From a virus (Duplodnaviria; Caudoviricetes): a DNA stretch of 27,886 nt. The notes beneath the pieces were generated by a model. The model did not search any database and was not told the origin of the DNA. It worked only from the letters and a program-made list of their open reading frames with translations. Position 1 is the first letter of the stretch, and every line of letters starts with the position of its first letter. The position numbers and the translations under genes are program-made. The stretch spans positions 1-27,886 of IMG/VR virus record IMGVR_UViG_3300032608_000546. One strand, given 5' to 3'. Below are positions 8,648 to 17,137 of this stretch, piece after piece.

Positions 8648-9388
8648 TCATATTAAATTTATTAGCTTTTCATGCCCGATTCTCACTGTTGGATCAATAT
8701 ATAATTTATATCCTTTATTTTGTAATCTCCAACAAAAGCTCAAATCTTCCCCCATATCACCGAGAAGGTCTTCGCCTCCTTCAACCACATTCCAGGGCAT
8801 AGCAGTAAACCATGGAAATTTTAAAGACTCAAAAACCCCTTTTCTAACTAACGTAAAAGCCAATCCCATATAGTCTACTTCAATTAATGCTTGTCGCCCT
8901 TGCATAATATCAGTTGTCCATCTTTTTAATTCACATTGATTCATAAGATGTTTATCATAAAACCCAAAAGCAAATTCGGGCCCAGTATTAACCTTGATAG
9001 CCCCTCCAACAATATGAACATTAGGATCATCCATTCTTTTTAATAACCGTTCTAGATGTTCGGGACCAAAAACTTGATCACTGTCAATCCACATAACATA
9101 ATCATAGTCTTTGCCTCCAAAAGCTTTAATGCGCTCTGTTTTGCTCATTACAGTGTAAGATAAAAAACATTCTCTGGTATGATGCACGTTACTTGAAAAC
9201 ATTTGCAATATTTCACAACTAATATTGTTTTTTAAACAATAAATTAATAATTTTGTCCAGCATTGTAAAAATTTTCCTGAGAATTCTTTGCCAGGCAAGC
9301 AAAATAATATATAAATAGGTTTCGTTCTGACTGGTTGTTTAGGAGTTTCTTCTTTTTGAATGCGTTCTACTTCTTTAAGTAAAGTCAT
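8648..9388 (-). CDS. Glycosyltransferase, GT-A fold
   Basis: YDYVMWIDSD (DXD), EVDYMGLAFTLVRKGVFE, PWF, GEDLSFC, IDPTVRIGHEK. Confidence 0.85.
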   Translation of the reverse strand: MTLLKEVERIQKEETPKQPVRTKPIYILFCLPGKEFSGKFLQCWTKLLIYCLKNNISCEILQMFSSNVHHTRECFLSYTVMSKTERIKAFGGKDYDYVMWIDSDQVFGPEHLERLLKRMDDPNVHIVGGAIKVNTGPEFAFGFYDKHLMNQCELKRWTTDIMQGRQALIEVDYMGLAFTLVRKGVFESLKFPWFTAMPWNVVEGGEDLLGDMGEDLSFCWRLQNKGYKLYIDPTVRIGHEKLINLI

Positions 9389-9393
9389 TGCCT

Positions 9394-9422
9394 AAAATAT
9401 CATAAATAATATTTAAGGTCAA
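9394..9422 (-). promoter_or_regulatory. Candidate sigma70-type promoter for GT cassette
   Basis: TTGACC-N17-TATTTT with TG extension, ending 5 nt before ATG 9388; AT-rich context lowers specificity. Confidence 0.4.
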
Positions 9423-9491
9423 TTATTTATAAGTCAATATGTTCATGCCAGCGCATCCCTACAGAAACAGCGGCATAGTCATATGTTTATC

Positions 9492-9782
9492 CTACCAAGC
9501 ATGAACAGCTAGTCGCATTGCATCCGTCGTACCTATAGCATTGATTGCAGAGTTAACTATGCTACTTGTTGTTTCTAATACAAAACTAGACCCTTTCGAA
9601 GTTAAAAGTATTCCCTTGCCTAGTTCTGCCGGAACTCCAACACCCAAATAAACCTCGCCTAAGCTTGTGTCGTTAACGATTGAAACGAAATGACGATTAG
9701 AGCTACTCGTAATAGCGGCCAATGCTTCAACTGAATTTGAGCCAACTACAACGCTCTCGCTGACAATTGCTGTATTTAACAT
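9492..9782 (-). CDS. Small beta-rich hypothetical (possible virion) protein
   Basis: Start moved to ATG 9782 after SD AAGGAG; IVND...VYLG...GILL pattern. Confidence 0.6.
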   Translation of the reverse strand: MLNTAIVSESVVVGSNSVEALAAITSSSNRHFVSIVNDTSLGEVYLGVGVPAELGKGILLTSKGSSFVLETTSSIVNSAINAIGTTDAMRLAVHAW

Positions 9783-9800
9783 ATTATCTCCTTTTAAAAA

Positions 9801-9826
9801 AGGTGGCACAATATTTTATGCCACCT
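9801..9826 (-). terminator. Intrinsic terminator
   Basis: Stem AGGTGGCA/TGCCACCT followed by T-run on minus strand. Confidence 0.7.
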
Positions 9827-9831
9827 AAAAC

Positions 9832-10086
9832 TTATTTAGTTTTATTTGATTTCCCTTTAACCTTTTTAGGCTTTATTGGAATTTCATTGTCGTCTACAAT
9901 AACCTTCTCGGTATCATTTTCTGGCACAATATTTTCAGATACTTCTATTTTAGGTTCTATAACATCACCTAAAACTCCAATGGTTTGTAATTCTTCCAAG
10001 TCTTTATCTCTTGAAACTGTAATATCTTCACTTGTCCTATAAAGCTTGCCATTAAATTTTACAGAAGATTTAACTTTAAATTTCAT
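9832..10086 (-). CDS. Small head-associated hypothetical protein
   Basis: 84 aa, SD AAGGAGG, FKVKSSVKFNGKLY start and acidic/basic tail typical of small genes following capsid genes. Confidence 0.6.
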   Translation of the reverse strand: MKFKVKSSVKFNGKLYRTSEDITVSRDKDLEELQTIGVLGDVIEPKIEVSENIVPENDTEKVIVDDNEIPIKPKKVKGKSNKTK

Positions 10087-10095
10087 AAATCCTCC

Positions 10096-10512
10096 TTATA
10101 CTGGTCTGTAATGAACTTGAGCAATAATTTCAGCAGCACTTAAATTAGAAGCTGACCCTTGAGGCTCTACTTGCAATTCAATAACATCATCTTGAGAAAT
10201 GCTGTTATTAGCTGTCCCTATTGTTAATTCATAAGCAGTATCAGCAGTAATAGTACTCACCGCACCTGTTCCTGTTATGTAATTAGAATCAGTTAAATTA
10301 TAAGCATGAAAAGCAATTTGGTTGCTTCCTGCTTTAGTGTGCCCAGTATCTGAAACAATAACAATCTCATCAATAATACAATCCGTTGGCGCTGCCATTA
10401 AAAATTTCTCTTGAGAGGCAAAGTGTACACCAAATGAACCGGGATAAAATTGTGACAATGCTACCCTGTTTTCAGCAGAAGACACTCTACGTCTAAACTT
10501 TTCTATTCCCAT
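10096..10512 (-). CDS. Putative capsid accessory protein
   Basis: 138 aa beta-rich, strong SD, directly after MCP. Confidence 0.55.
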   Translation of the reverse strand: MGIEKFRRRVSSAENRVALSQFYPGSFGVHFASQEKFLMAAPTDCIIDEIVIVSDTGHTKAGSNQIAFHAYNLTDSNYITGTGAVSTITADTAYELTIGTANNSISQDDVIELQVEPQGSASNLSAAEIIAQVHYRPV

Positions 10513-10532
10513 CTTCTTTCTCCTTTCTTAAA

Positions 10533-10552
10533 AGGTGGGGTTGCCCCCACCT
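10533..10552 (-). terminator. Intrinsic terminator after major capsid gene
   Basis: 8-bp stem AGGTGGGG/CCCCACCT with GCAA (GNRA) loop and short U tail. Confidence 0.75.
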
Positions 10553-10556
10553 AAAA

Positions 10557-11513
10557 TTAAGCTACTACAGTTGTAAGTAATTGTCCTGATCGTGCAGATG
10601 TGATTTTAGAAACAAATTTCTTTGTTACTTGAATCATATGAGCTTCACGTTCTTGATCAAACCATTCCTTAACTAATTCACGAGTTGGATCATAAAAGGT
10701 ATAACCCAAAGATGGTGACATCTTGCTTGGAGTTTTTGACCTATAACAAACCATACATGATTTTCCCCAATTATCCGTTAAAGTAGAATTGCTTCTGCCT
10801 TGCTCAACTGCTGCATCGTAAAGAGATCCACCGATTATTACTTCTTCAAGTTTAAAAATTACTGCTAAATTTTGAGCAGTAACATCAGCGGCAGTTGCCT
10901 TAGTTGCTCCACCTTTTATTCTATCAAGAATATCAGGATGATTAGATAACTTTGAAAACACTTCTTCGCCCATCACGGCTATATTTGCTTTGCGACCAAT
11001 TCTTTTTCGAACATCTTCTTTTGCAGTATTAATATCATCAATCGGATCTGATGTTCCATAAGCGCTCCATTGATCATTTCCGGTAAGAGCTGTCGTGTAA
11101 CTGGTAAAAGTTGTTCCATTAAACACTGCTGCCGAAACCTCGTTTTCATAGCGTGTCCACATTTTATGATTTAACAAATTTACTTGGTCCTTCTTTATAT
11201 TCCATTTTGCATCAGCATCTTTAGCTGCTTTTAAGTCCTCAATTGGAATAAAAGTTTTTAAAGATCTTTCTCTTAAATAGAATGTGTCTGATTTGTTAAG
11301 CCCAAAGGTAACCTCGTTAGCCTTAGTTCCGGGAGCTCGATAATCATTTTCTAATCTAAAAGCATCAAATTCATCCCAAAGATAATAAAAGGGTTCTGAT
11401 CTGCTTTCAGCTAATCTACCTAAAACCTTTTGTGCTATAAATTCATTGTTCGAATATCCTACTGAGTGATTTGTCAGAGGACGATTAATTCTTATATCTG
11501 CTTCTGTTGCCAT
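10557..11513 (-). CDS. Major capsid protein (HK97 fold, lambda gpE-like family)
   Basis: 318 aa; LTNHSVGYSN.EFIA, RAPGT, QWS...SDPIDDI, GRKANIAVMG, LSNHPDILDRIK, PSLGYTF; follows protease and cement. Confidence 0.9.
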   Translation of the reverse strand: MATEADIRINRPLTNHSVGYSNNEFIAQKVLGRLAESRSEPFYYLWDEFDAFRLENDYRAPGTKANEVTFGLNKSDTFYLRERSLKTFIPIEDLKAAKDADAKWNIKKDQVNLLNHKMWTRYENEVSAAVFNGTTFTSYTTALTGNDQWSAYGTSDPIDDINTAKEDVRKRIGRKANIAVMGEEVFSKLSNHPDILDRIKGGATKATAADVTAQNLAVIFKLEEVIIGGSLYDAAVEQGRSNSTLTDNWGKSCMVCYRSKTPSKMSPSLGYTFYDPTRELVKEWFDQEREAHMIQVTKKFVSKITSARSGQLLTTVVA

Positions 11514-11534
11514 TTTTATTCTCCTTTCTTAAAG

Positions 11535-11915
11535 TTATTGCGCTCTTGTATGAGGCGCAATTCTTACTGCAATTATTTGTCCATCAGTTACGGCTGCTTC
11601 TTCTGCATAGCCCAATATTTCATCGGCTCCTGCTGTTCCTGCTGGTACTGCATATCCTCTAGAGTCTGATCTTAATTCTTGCCCTCTAGTGATAGCCCCT
11701 GTTCCTGCATGAACTTTTGCCATACCGCCAAAACACACTCTTGCACTTTCGCTTGCCTTAAGTGGGCCGTTTTCTATTACCCCAACAATAATTTGTTCTG
11801 TACCGCTAACTCGAGTAATTTGATTTGCTGCAGACTGATAAACAATCGTAAAGTTTGTACCAGTTGCCGCTGCCGTATCATATGTTTTTAATAATCTTTC
11901 TCCTTGTACACCCAT
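11535..11915 (-). CDS. Capsid cement/decoration protein (DUF2190-like)
   Basis: IVGVIEN...GMAKVHAG...ITRGQELRSDSRGYAV...ILGYAEEAAVTDGQIIAV; between scaffold and MCP. Confidence 0.8.
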   Translation of the reverse strand: MGVQGERLLKTYDTAAATGTNFTIVYQSAANQITRVSGTEQIIVGVIENGPLKASESARVCFGGMAKVHAGTGAITRGQELRSDSRGYAVPAGTAGADEILGYAEEAAVTDGQIIAVRIAPHTRAQ

Positions 11916-11930
11916 TAGTAAACTCCTTTC

Positions 11931-12569
11931 TTAAAGTTGATCTTCTAGTTCTGGATGTTCTTTCACAACCAGAGGTATCGCTTCTTCAAAACTTATTTTA
12001 TTTTTTGCTGAATATTCTTTTGCCATTTCTGTTAAATCTTTCTTAACTGTTTTACCAACAGCTTTCGAAAATTCTTTTAACTTAACTTGATCTGGCAAAG
12101 ATTCAATAAATTCACAAAATAACTTTTTAACCGTAGCCTTCTTTTCAATAGGCTCTGCTTCTTCTTTAGAATCAAAAGATTTTTCAAAGTATTTAACTTC
12201 TTCTTTATCATCCATAGCACAAAGTACAGGTTTTAACATTTCAGATTGAAATGGTAATACTTTTCCTTTTTCACCCATCTTTTCTAAAAACACTTCGTCA
12301 AACTTCTTAACTGAATCTTTTTTGAATTCTGCTAACTCTTTAATCGCTACATTGCCTTTGTCTGCTTCCTTCTTTAATTCAATTAATTTGTTTTCTACTT
12401 GTTTTTCGCTAGTAAAATTCTTTAATTCGAATTCCCTCTTATTTTCCTTAACATCCTCTTTTGCTACTTCTTTTACTTCGTCTTTCTTAACAGCATCGTC
12501 TTTAGGTGCTACTGGCTTATCATCCTTTGCAGGATCTTGGCCTACTACATCCTTATTTTCATCTGTCAT
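11931..12569 (-). CDS. Nested in-frame scaffolding protein (212 aa)
   Basis: AAGAAAGGAGAAATTAAG-ATG at 12569, at the protease/scaffold boundary. Confidence 0.7.
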   Translation of the reverse strand: MTDENKDVVGQDPAKDDKPVAPKDDAVKKDEVKEVAKEDVKENKREFELKNFTSEKQVENKLIELKKEADKGNVAIKELAEFKKDSVKKFDEVFLEKMGEKGKVLPFQSEMLKPVLCAMDDKEEVKYFEKSFDSKEEAEPIEKKATVKKLFCEFIESLPDQVKLKEFSKAVGKTVKKDLTEMAKEYSAKNKISFEEAIPLVVKEHPELEDQL

Positions 12570-13292
12570 CTTAATTTCTCCTTTCTTATTTTCAGATACA
12601 GAAGAATAAACATTAGCTTTTTCAGATTTATCAAATAAATCTGTAGCTAATGAAGTCACGGCTGGTATTTCAGCACCAAGTAGTGCTACTCCTGTTAATA
12701 CTGAGCCGAGATTCTTCCCTTCTTTATTTATAAATTTTTCCCACAATTCAATAGATTTTGCTTTATAACTTTTTTGACCTAACAAATTAAATAATTTGTC
12801 TGGTATGTCAACAAAATCTGCAACTAACTTATTCCCTTTCTTTTTAATATTTTTAACCCAGCCCAATGCTGGCATTCCCTTTGTATCTTCTCCAAATAAA
12901 GTCTTCGCAACCCCCTGCTCTTCGCTATGTCCTAATTTAATAGGTATTTGAAGATTTTCCTCAGATTGTGCTTTTTTTGTATTATTTAATATCTTGGTTA
13001 TATCTGATTCGGTAAAAACATGTCCGTTATGTAATCCAGGTTCAAATATTTCTACTTCTTTTATCTCTTTGTCAAAATTATTTACAAATGAGTAGTCTTT
13101 ATAATATTCTTGAATTTCTTTATCAAATTGACTCAATTGTTCCAACCATAAACCGTCTAGAATCATTTTTCCTTTGTTTTTGTCTATGCCATATTTTTCT
13201 ACAAACACTATTTCATCTAATTTCTTAACGTCAGCAAATAAATCCTTAAAATTTAACATAGGATGTTTTTTCTTTTTATCATCTTCTGGCAT
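11931..13292 (-). CDS. Prohead protease-scaffold (Mu gpI-like)
   Basis: VEIFEPG, PIKLGH, PALGWV, LVADFVDIP, SIEL, LTGVALLGAEIPAV then charged coiled-coil. Start moved to ATG 13292 (SD GGGAG). Confidence 0.85.
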   Translation of the reverse strand: MPEDDKKKKHPMLNFKDLFADVKKLDEIVFVEKYGIDKNKGKMILDGLWLEQLSQFDKEIQEYYKDYSFVNNFDKEIKEVEIFEPGLHNGHVFTESDITKILNNTKKAQSEENLQIPIKLGHSEEQGVAKTLFGEDTKGMPALGWVKNIKKKGNKLVADFVDIPDKLFNLLGQKSYKAKSIELWEKFINKEGKNLGSVLTGVALLGAEIPAVTSLATDLFDKSEKANVYSSVSENKKGEIKMTDENKDVVGQDPAKDDKPVAPKDDAVKKDEVKEVAKEDVKENKREFELKNFTSEKQVENKLIELKKEADKGNVAIKELAEFKKDSVKKFDEVFLEKMGEKGKVLPFQSEMLKPVLCAMDDKEEVKYFEKSFDSKEEAEPIEKKATVKKLFCEFIESLPDQVKLKEFSKAVGKTVKKDLTEMAKEYSAKNKISFEEAIPLVVKEHPELEDQL

Positions 13293-13328
13293 ATTTATTA
13301 CTCCCTTTATTTGAAATAAAGATATTTC

Positions 13329-13368
13329 ATAAATAGGCAAATAATAGTTTATTTAATGATTATATTGT
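13329..13368 (-). promoter_or_regulatory. Candidate late promoter, copy 4
   Basis: ATAAATAGGCAAAT 13329-13342, TTGT 13365-13368; 36 nt upstream of protease ATG. Confidence 0.7.
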
Positions 13369-13376
13369 TTAATAAC

Positions 13377-13400
13377 TACTGCCATAAAAATATAGCAGTA
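13377..13400 (-). terminator. Hairpin upstream of promoter copy 4
   Basis: TACTGCTATA-TTTT-TATGGCAGTA (10 bp with one GU), weak U tail. Confidence 0.45.
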
Positions 13401-13405
13401 ATTAT

Positions 13406-13546
13406 TTAACTAGATATGTCTTCGTCTATTAAGTCTTGATACAAATCTTTCAACTTCCCAGAAACACTTGCTCCTATGTCTATTGTCTGGTTTGCATTAG
13501 AACCGTCTAATTTTAAATAAGTTGGAAAATTAAATACTGGAGACAT
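13406..13546 (-). CDS. 46-aa small ORF (not in ORF track)
   Basis: SD AAGGAG; MSPVFNFPTYLKLDGSNANQTIDIGASVSGKLKDLYQDLIDEDISS; fills the portal-protease gap. Confidence 0.6.
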   Translation of the reverse strand: MSPVFNFPTYLKLDGSNANQTIDIGASVSGKLKDLYQDLIDEDISS

Positions 13547-13558
13547 TTAACCACTCCT

Positions 13559-16015
13559 TTAAGAAATTAACATTCCACTAAATGATGATAAATCAGGCAT
13601 TGATGTTAATATTTGATCTTGAGGGATTTCATCTACCCCTCCAATAGCAACCGTATCAATACCTCTTTCATTAAAATGCATTGGATATTGTAATCGCTGG
13701 CTCAATTCAGTTCCTTGTTTAACGTATTTACCATGTATCTTTTTGCTCCAAGGATGACTATCTGTATCATGCCCACTCAACACTTCTGAAAATAACCTGT
13801 AAATAGGTAGATTAGATTCTTCACTTAACTCTAAGCTTTGCAAATATCTACCCTTATTAAAAGATGTACTTAAATTTGTCCTAACAATCGTTTTAAGTCT
13901 ACCTTCTGTAAATACTGGTTTCGCTGTAGCTCCTGCAACTTTAATTCTAGCAAATTGTTGTTCTAATTGTTCGAAAGTCTTCTTTCCACTCCATCCATTC
14001 TCTAACGATATTAATAATGTCTGCTTAACCATAGTCTTGTAAGCATCTGCCATCTTCCCTGCCTCCATAAAGGCTTGAGAATTTAACCATACCTTAAACT
14101 CGTCTGGCATAAGTTCGTTATCTCTCCGTAGTTCTACCTTTGGCAATTCATCCTTAAAGCTATTAACGCCTTCAACATACATTTTTCTAAAACCCTTTTT
14201 ATAAGCTAACTTGAGCTCCCCGACGTGTTTTAACTGGAACTTATCTATTTCATCAAATCTCTTTTTAGAAATTATATTCTTGTTATCAATACGATCTATT
14301 GCCTCTATCGATATTTTCTCTACAATATCATCAACATCATTGAATAACTTATCTTCTGCTGTATCAATAATATTTTCTATTTTGTTAAAATCAATTCTTT
14401 CCATTCCTGCTGTAACAGGAAAATCATTGTTAGCTTGAAATTTAACAATAGAAACTGGCACAGAAGTCTTTTTGCCATCCGGCAATTTATGAGTATGATT
14501 CGCATTGTCAGAACTTACAGATGTTTTGCCATCTTTTAATGCATGGTAATGACCACCATCGGCTACAACAGCCTTTCCAGTTAGCCCTCCATCGGGAAGC
14601 TTATGTACATGAGTTAATTGAAAATCTTGTTTATCATTTTTATCTTCTTTATCCACATCATTATTTGGGTTTTTATCTTCGTTCTCCTTAGCCTCTTTAT
14701 CATCTATTGCTTTTTGTTTTAAAGAATCTTCTTTCATTTTATTGTTAGCTTCTTCTTGAGGGGTAAGAGGCTTAACTAATAAAGTGCTCTTTTCTGTCCT
14801 TTCAGGAAACTCTACAGTTTTTCTTATAAATTCTTCATCTTCCTCTGTAGCCAATACCGCTCCAGCATCAAGAGCTTTCACCCAAATATCAAATAAACTT
14901 ACTTTATCTTTTTCAGTAACCGGATTAAATTTAAACTTGGGATATTCATCTTGTTCTCCCCAATTATAATTTATTAATGGCCTTATTATTTGCTCGTTTA
15001 CAACTGCCTCTTCAAAAGTATCTCTTATAGACTGAACAGTCCACAAAAATACATCAAACTGTGTTCTTGATTTCGCATTACTGCCAGAGTCGCTTTGATT
15101 AAACCCCATTTCATTAGGCATCAATATGCCTTTAGATATTGCATTATCATGATACTGAATAGCTTGCTTGAAAGCTAAACCCCCACCGTTAACTGCTTCA
15201 ATGATTTCATATTCAACATCTTTAGGGATTACACCAACACTAGCAGACCTAAATTTCTGAAACATTTTCATTAATTTATTTCTTTCTGATAATTTTTTAC
15301 CTTCATACTTAACGATAATTGATGGAGTACCATATTTCTCTAAATATATAGACTGCATTTTAATTAAAATATCTTTGATAAACCATGAACGATAAATATC
15401 TATGGTGTCGGGCTTGCCAAACCAATTATCAAATTCTTTGCGATAAGAATACAAAACCATTTTATCAATAGGCAACGCAATGTCACCCTCATCTGTTTGC
15501 TGGATTAAGCTTTCGTCAGTTAAATTCCCGAATTCATCAGGCATAATTTTAAATGAATGAGGCGCTCTAATTTTGATATTTTTTAAAATAATTGAATTGT
15601 CTATAAACTCATAATTTTGTTCAGCTACTACAAATCCATAATCAAGGAATGTTAATAAGTCTAAAAGATTATTATTAAAACTTCCAACCATCCAATTTGT
15701 AAAGTTAGTTTTAACAAAGTCTGCTTGCTCTTTGTGTAACTTATCTTCACTTGCAGGATGAATATCCCAGCCCTTAGCTAAGATAGCATGTTTCTTTGTC
15801 CCCATGGCGGCTTTGTATTGCTCATCTTTTCTGATCTTGTCAACAATATCAAGATTTTTTTTAATAAATAGATCGTTAGGATTATATCCATCTAATATAA
15901 AGCTATAATCTTCAAAATAAGAAGATTTAATCGTGCTATATTCAACCCCTACATCTTTTTTAGATATTTTTGGATTTACACCTTTGTGGATAAAATTTTT
16001 AATTGGTTTAAACAT
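13559..16015 (-). CDS. Portal protein (Mu gp29/DUF935-like) fused to His-repeat linker and MuF-like minor head domain
   Basis: N-half LDYGFVVAEQ, NWFGKP, YLEKYGTP, YHDNAISKGIL, VNEQIIRPLINYNW, YPKFKF; C-part RLKTIVRTNLSTSFNKGR...YPMHFNERG. Confidence 0.85.
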   Translation of the reverse strand: MFKPIKNFIHKGVNPKISKKDVGVEYSTIKSSYFEDYSFILDGYNPNDLFIKKNLDIVDKIRKDEQYKAAMGTKKHAILAKGWDIHPASEDKLHKEQADFVKTNFTNWMVGSFNNNLLDLLTFLDYGFVVAEQNYEFIDNSIILKNIKIRAPHSFKIMPDEFGNLTDESLIQQTDEGDIALPIDKMVLYSYRKEFDNWFGKPDTIDIYRSWFIKDILIKMQSIYLEKYGTPSIIVKYEGKKLSERNKLMKMFQKFRSASVGVIPKDVEYEIIEAVNGGGLAFKQAIQYHDNAISKGILMPNEMGFNQSDSGSNAKSRTQFDVFLWTVQSIRDTFEEAVVNEQIIRPLINYNWGEQDEYPKFKFNPVTEKDKVSLFDIWVKALDAGAVLATEEDEEFIRKTVEFPERTEKSTLLVKPLTPQEEANNKMKEDSLKQKAIDDKEAKENEDKNPNNDVDKEDKNDKQDFQLTHVHKLPDGGLTGKAVVADGGHYHALKDGKTSVSSDNANHTHKLPDGKKTSVPVSIVKFQANNDFPVTAGMERIDFNKIENIIDTAEDKLFNDVDDIVEKISIEAIDRIDNKNIISKKRFDEIDKFQLKHVGELKLAYKKGFRKMYVEGVNSFKDELPKVELRRDNELMPDEFKVWLNSQAFMEAGKMADAYKTMVKQTLLISLENGWSGKKTFEQLEQQFARIKVAGATAKPVFTEGRLKTIVRTNLSTSFNKGRYLQSLELSEESNLPIYRLFSEVLSGHDTDSHPWSKKIHGKYVKQGTELSQRLQYPMHFNERGIDTVAIGGVDEIPQDQILTSMPDLSSFSGMLIS

Positions 16016-16046
16016 TTAAGCTCCATTAGAACTATATTTTTAATAC

Positions 16047-16086
16047 AACAATAGGTAAAATATAGTTTATAAAGGCAGTAAAATGT
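16047..16086 (-). promoter_or_regulatory. Candidate late promoter, copy 5
   Basis: AATAGGTAAAA 16050-16060, TGT 16084-16086 at the same spacing; ~32 nt upstream of portal ATG (SD GGAG). Confidence 0.65.
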
Positions 16087-16088
16087 AA

Positions 16089-16122
16089 CAAGCCTTTAAC
16101 AAACTAAATCATTAAAGGCTTG
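16089..16122 (-). terminator. Hairpin upstream of promoter copy 5
   Basis: Perfect 11-bp inverted repeat CAAGCCTTTAA/TTAAAGGCTTG, 12-nt loop. Confidence 0.55.
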
Positions 16123-16280
16123 GAAAAAACTAGGTAAATCATTATAACATAGTTAATAATAATTTCTTTAAATGCTTTCTAGTATATGAAGTCCTGTTTC
16201 AGAGTTAACACATGACACTATATAAATTTAAAATGTTCATATTCTTCGTATTTTAGATATAATTTTTCTTCTGAGTTCAT

Positions 16281-16469
16281 TTAACCCTTACCTCTTTTAA
16301 CTCTATAGTAAATATTTTCGCACCATCTGAATAATAAATTAAAAGGGATAAGGGTAATTGTAAATGTTCCATTATAACCATTATGGTTTATAATCCCCCA
16401 AAATCTAGGTATATCAATAATATCTCCTTGTTCATAAGTAATCTTTCTAAGTAGTTTATATTTTTTCAT
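16281..16469 (-). CDS. Hypothetical protein
   Basis: 62-aa ORF in packed run. Confidence 0.5.
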   Translation of the reverse strand: MKKYKLLRKITYEQGDIIDIPRFWGIINHNGYNGTFTITLIPFNLLFRWCENIYYRVKRGKG

Positions 16470-16475
16470 GATTTA

Positions 16476-16682
16476 TCATTTCTTTTCCCAGCGATTACCT
16501 ATAATTAAAAATTGCATCATACGCCAAAATCTATTGGGAACTTCACCTTTAAGAGGGTTCCATAAATACCCATGGTCTTTCATACCGAATAGCTTGCATT
16601 CCCATTCAGAATATTCAGGAAGCTTAATTCCATGCCTATATGGATCAATTTCTAGTGTTAATTTATCTTCTTTCATGTTCAT
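16476..16682 (-). CDS. Hypothetical protein
   Basis: Trp-rich small ORF; exact start uncertain. Confidence 0.5.
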   Translation of the reverse strand: MNMKEDKLTLEIDPYRHGIKLPEYSEWECKLFGMKDHGYLWNPLKGEVPNRFWRMMQFLIIGNRWEKK

Positions 16683-16953
16683 CCCACTTATTACAAACAT
16701 ATCCAGAGCTTACGTCACATGACGCACGCCCTATTAGCTTGCATTTATAATAACCTTGTCCATGAATAATGTTAAACCCTTGCCACATCCCTTTACGAAG
16801 TACATGCTTGCAACTTTCACATCTTCTTTTTAAGGCAGAAGATTCTCTATAAAAATTTTCTTTTTTGAATATTTGATAATTGTCTTCATTGGTCTTCTTT
16901 TTTTTCTCGCCAAGTAACAATACTTCTTCTCCAAAAAGGTTAATAGTTGTCAT
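16663..16953 (-). CDS. Cys-rich hypothetical protein
   Basis: Likely start ATG 16953 (MTTINLFGEE); CESCKH, YYKC, YVCNKW. Confidence 0.55.
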   Translation of the reverse strand: MTTINLFGEEVLLLGEKKKKTNEDNYQIFKKENFYRESSALKRRCESCKHVLRKGMWQGFNIIHGQGYYKCKLIGRASCDVSSGYVCNKWDEHERR

Positions 16954-16954
16954 T

Positions 16955-17137
16955 TTAATATTTGCTATATCTATTAGCCATAAAAGATACTGTTTTTTGA
17001 GGCTCTTCTTGTGTTTGCCTATACATCTTTGATGCAAATTGTTTGAAATCTCTAGAGAAATCAGCTTTTCTATTGGTAATTTCAAAAGCTTTCTTTATTT
17101 GCTCTATAGCAGCATTAATCTTTTCTTCTGATGTCAT
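16955..17137 (-). CDS. Hypothetical protein
   Basis: 60-aa ORF directly after TerL with purine-rich SD region. Confidence 0.5.
   Translation of the reverse strand: MTSEEKINAAIEQIKKAFEITNRKADFSRDFKQFASKMYRQTQEEPQKTVSFMANRYSKY

Noticed and set aside
9311-9320. Partial late-motif cores at 9311, 13801 and 16131
   Set aside because: Lack the full core and the spaced TGT element; two lie inside coding sequence.
16140-16280. Stop-codon reassignment (short ORF at 16280 interrupted by TAG)
   Set aside because: Long genes are intact in code 11 and several end at TAG or TGA right next to the following start.
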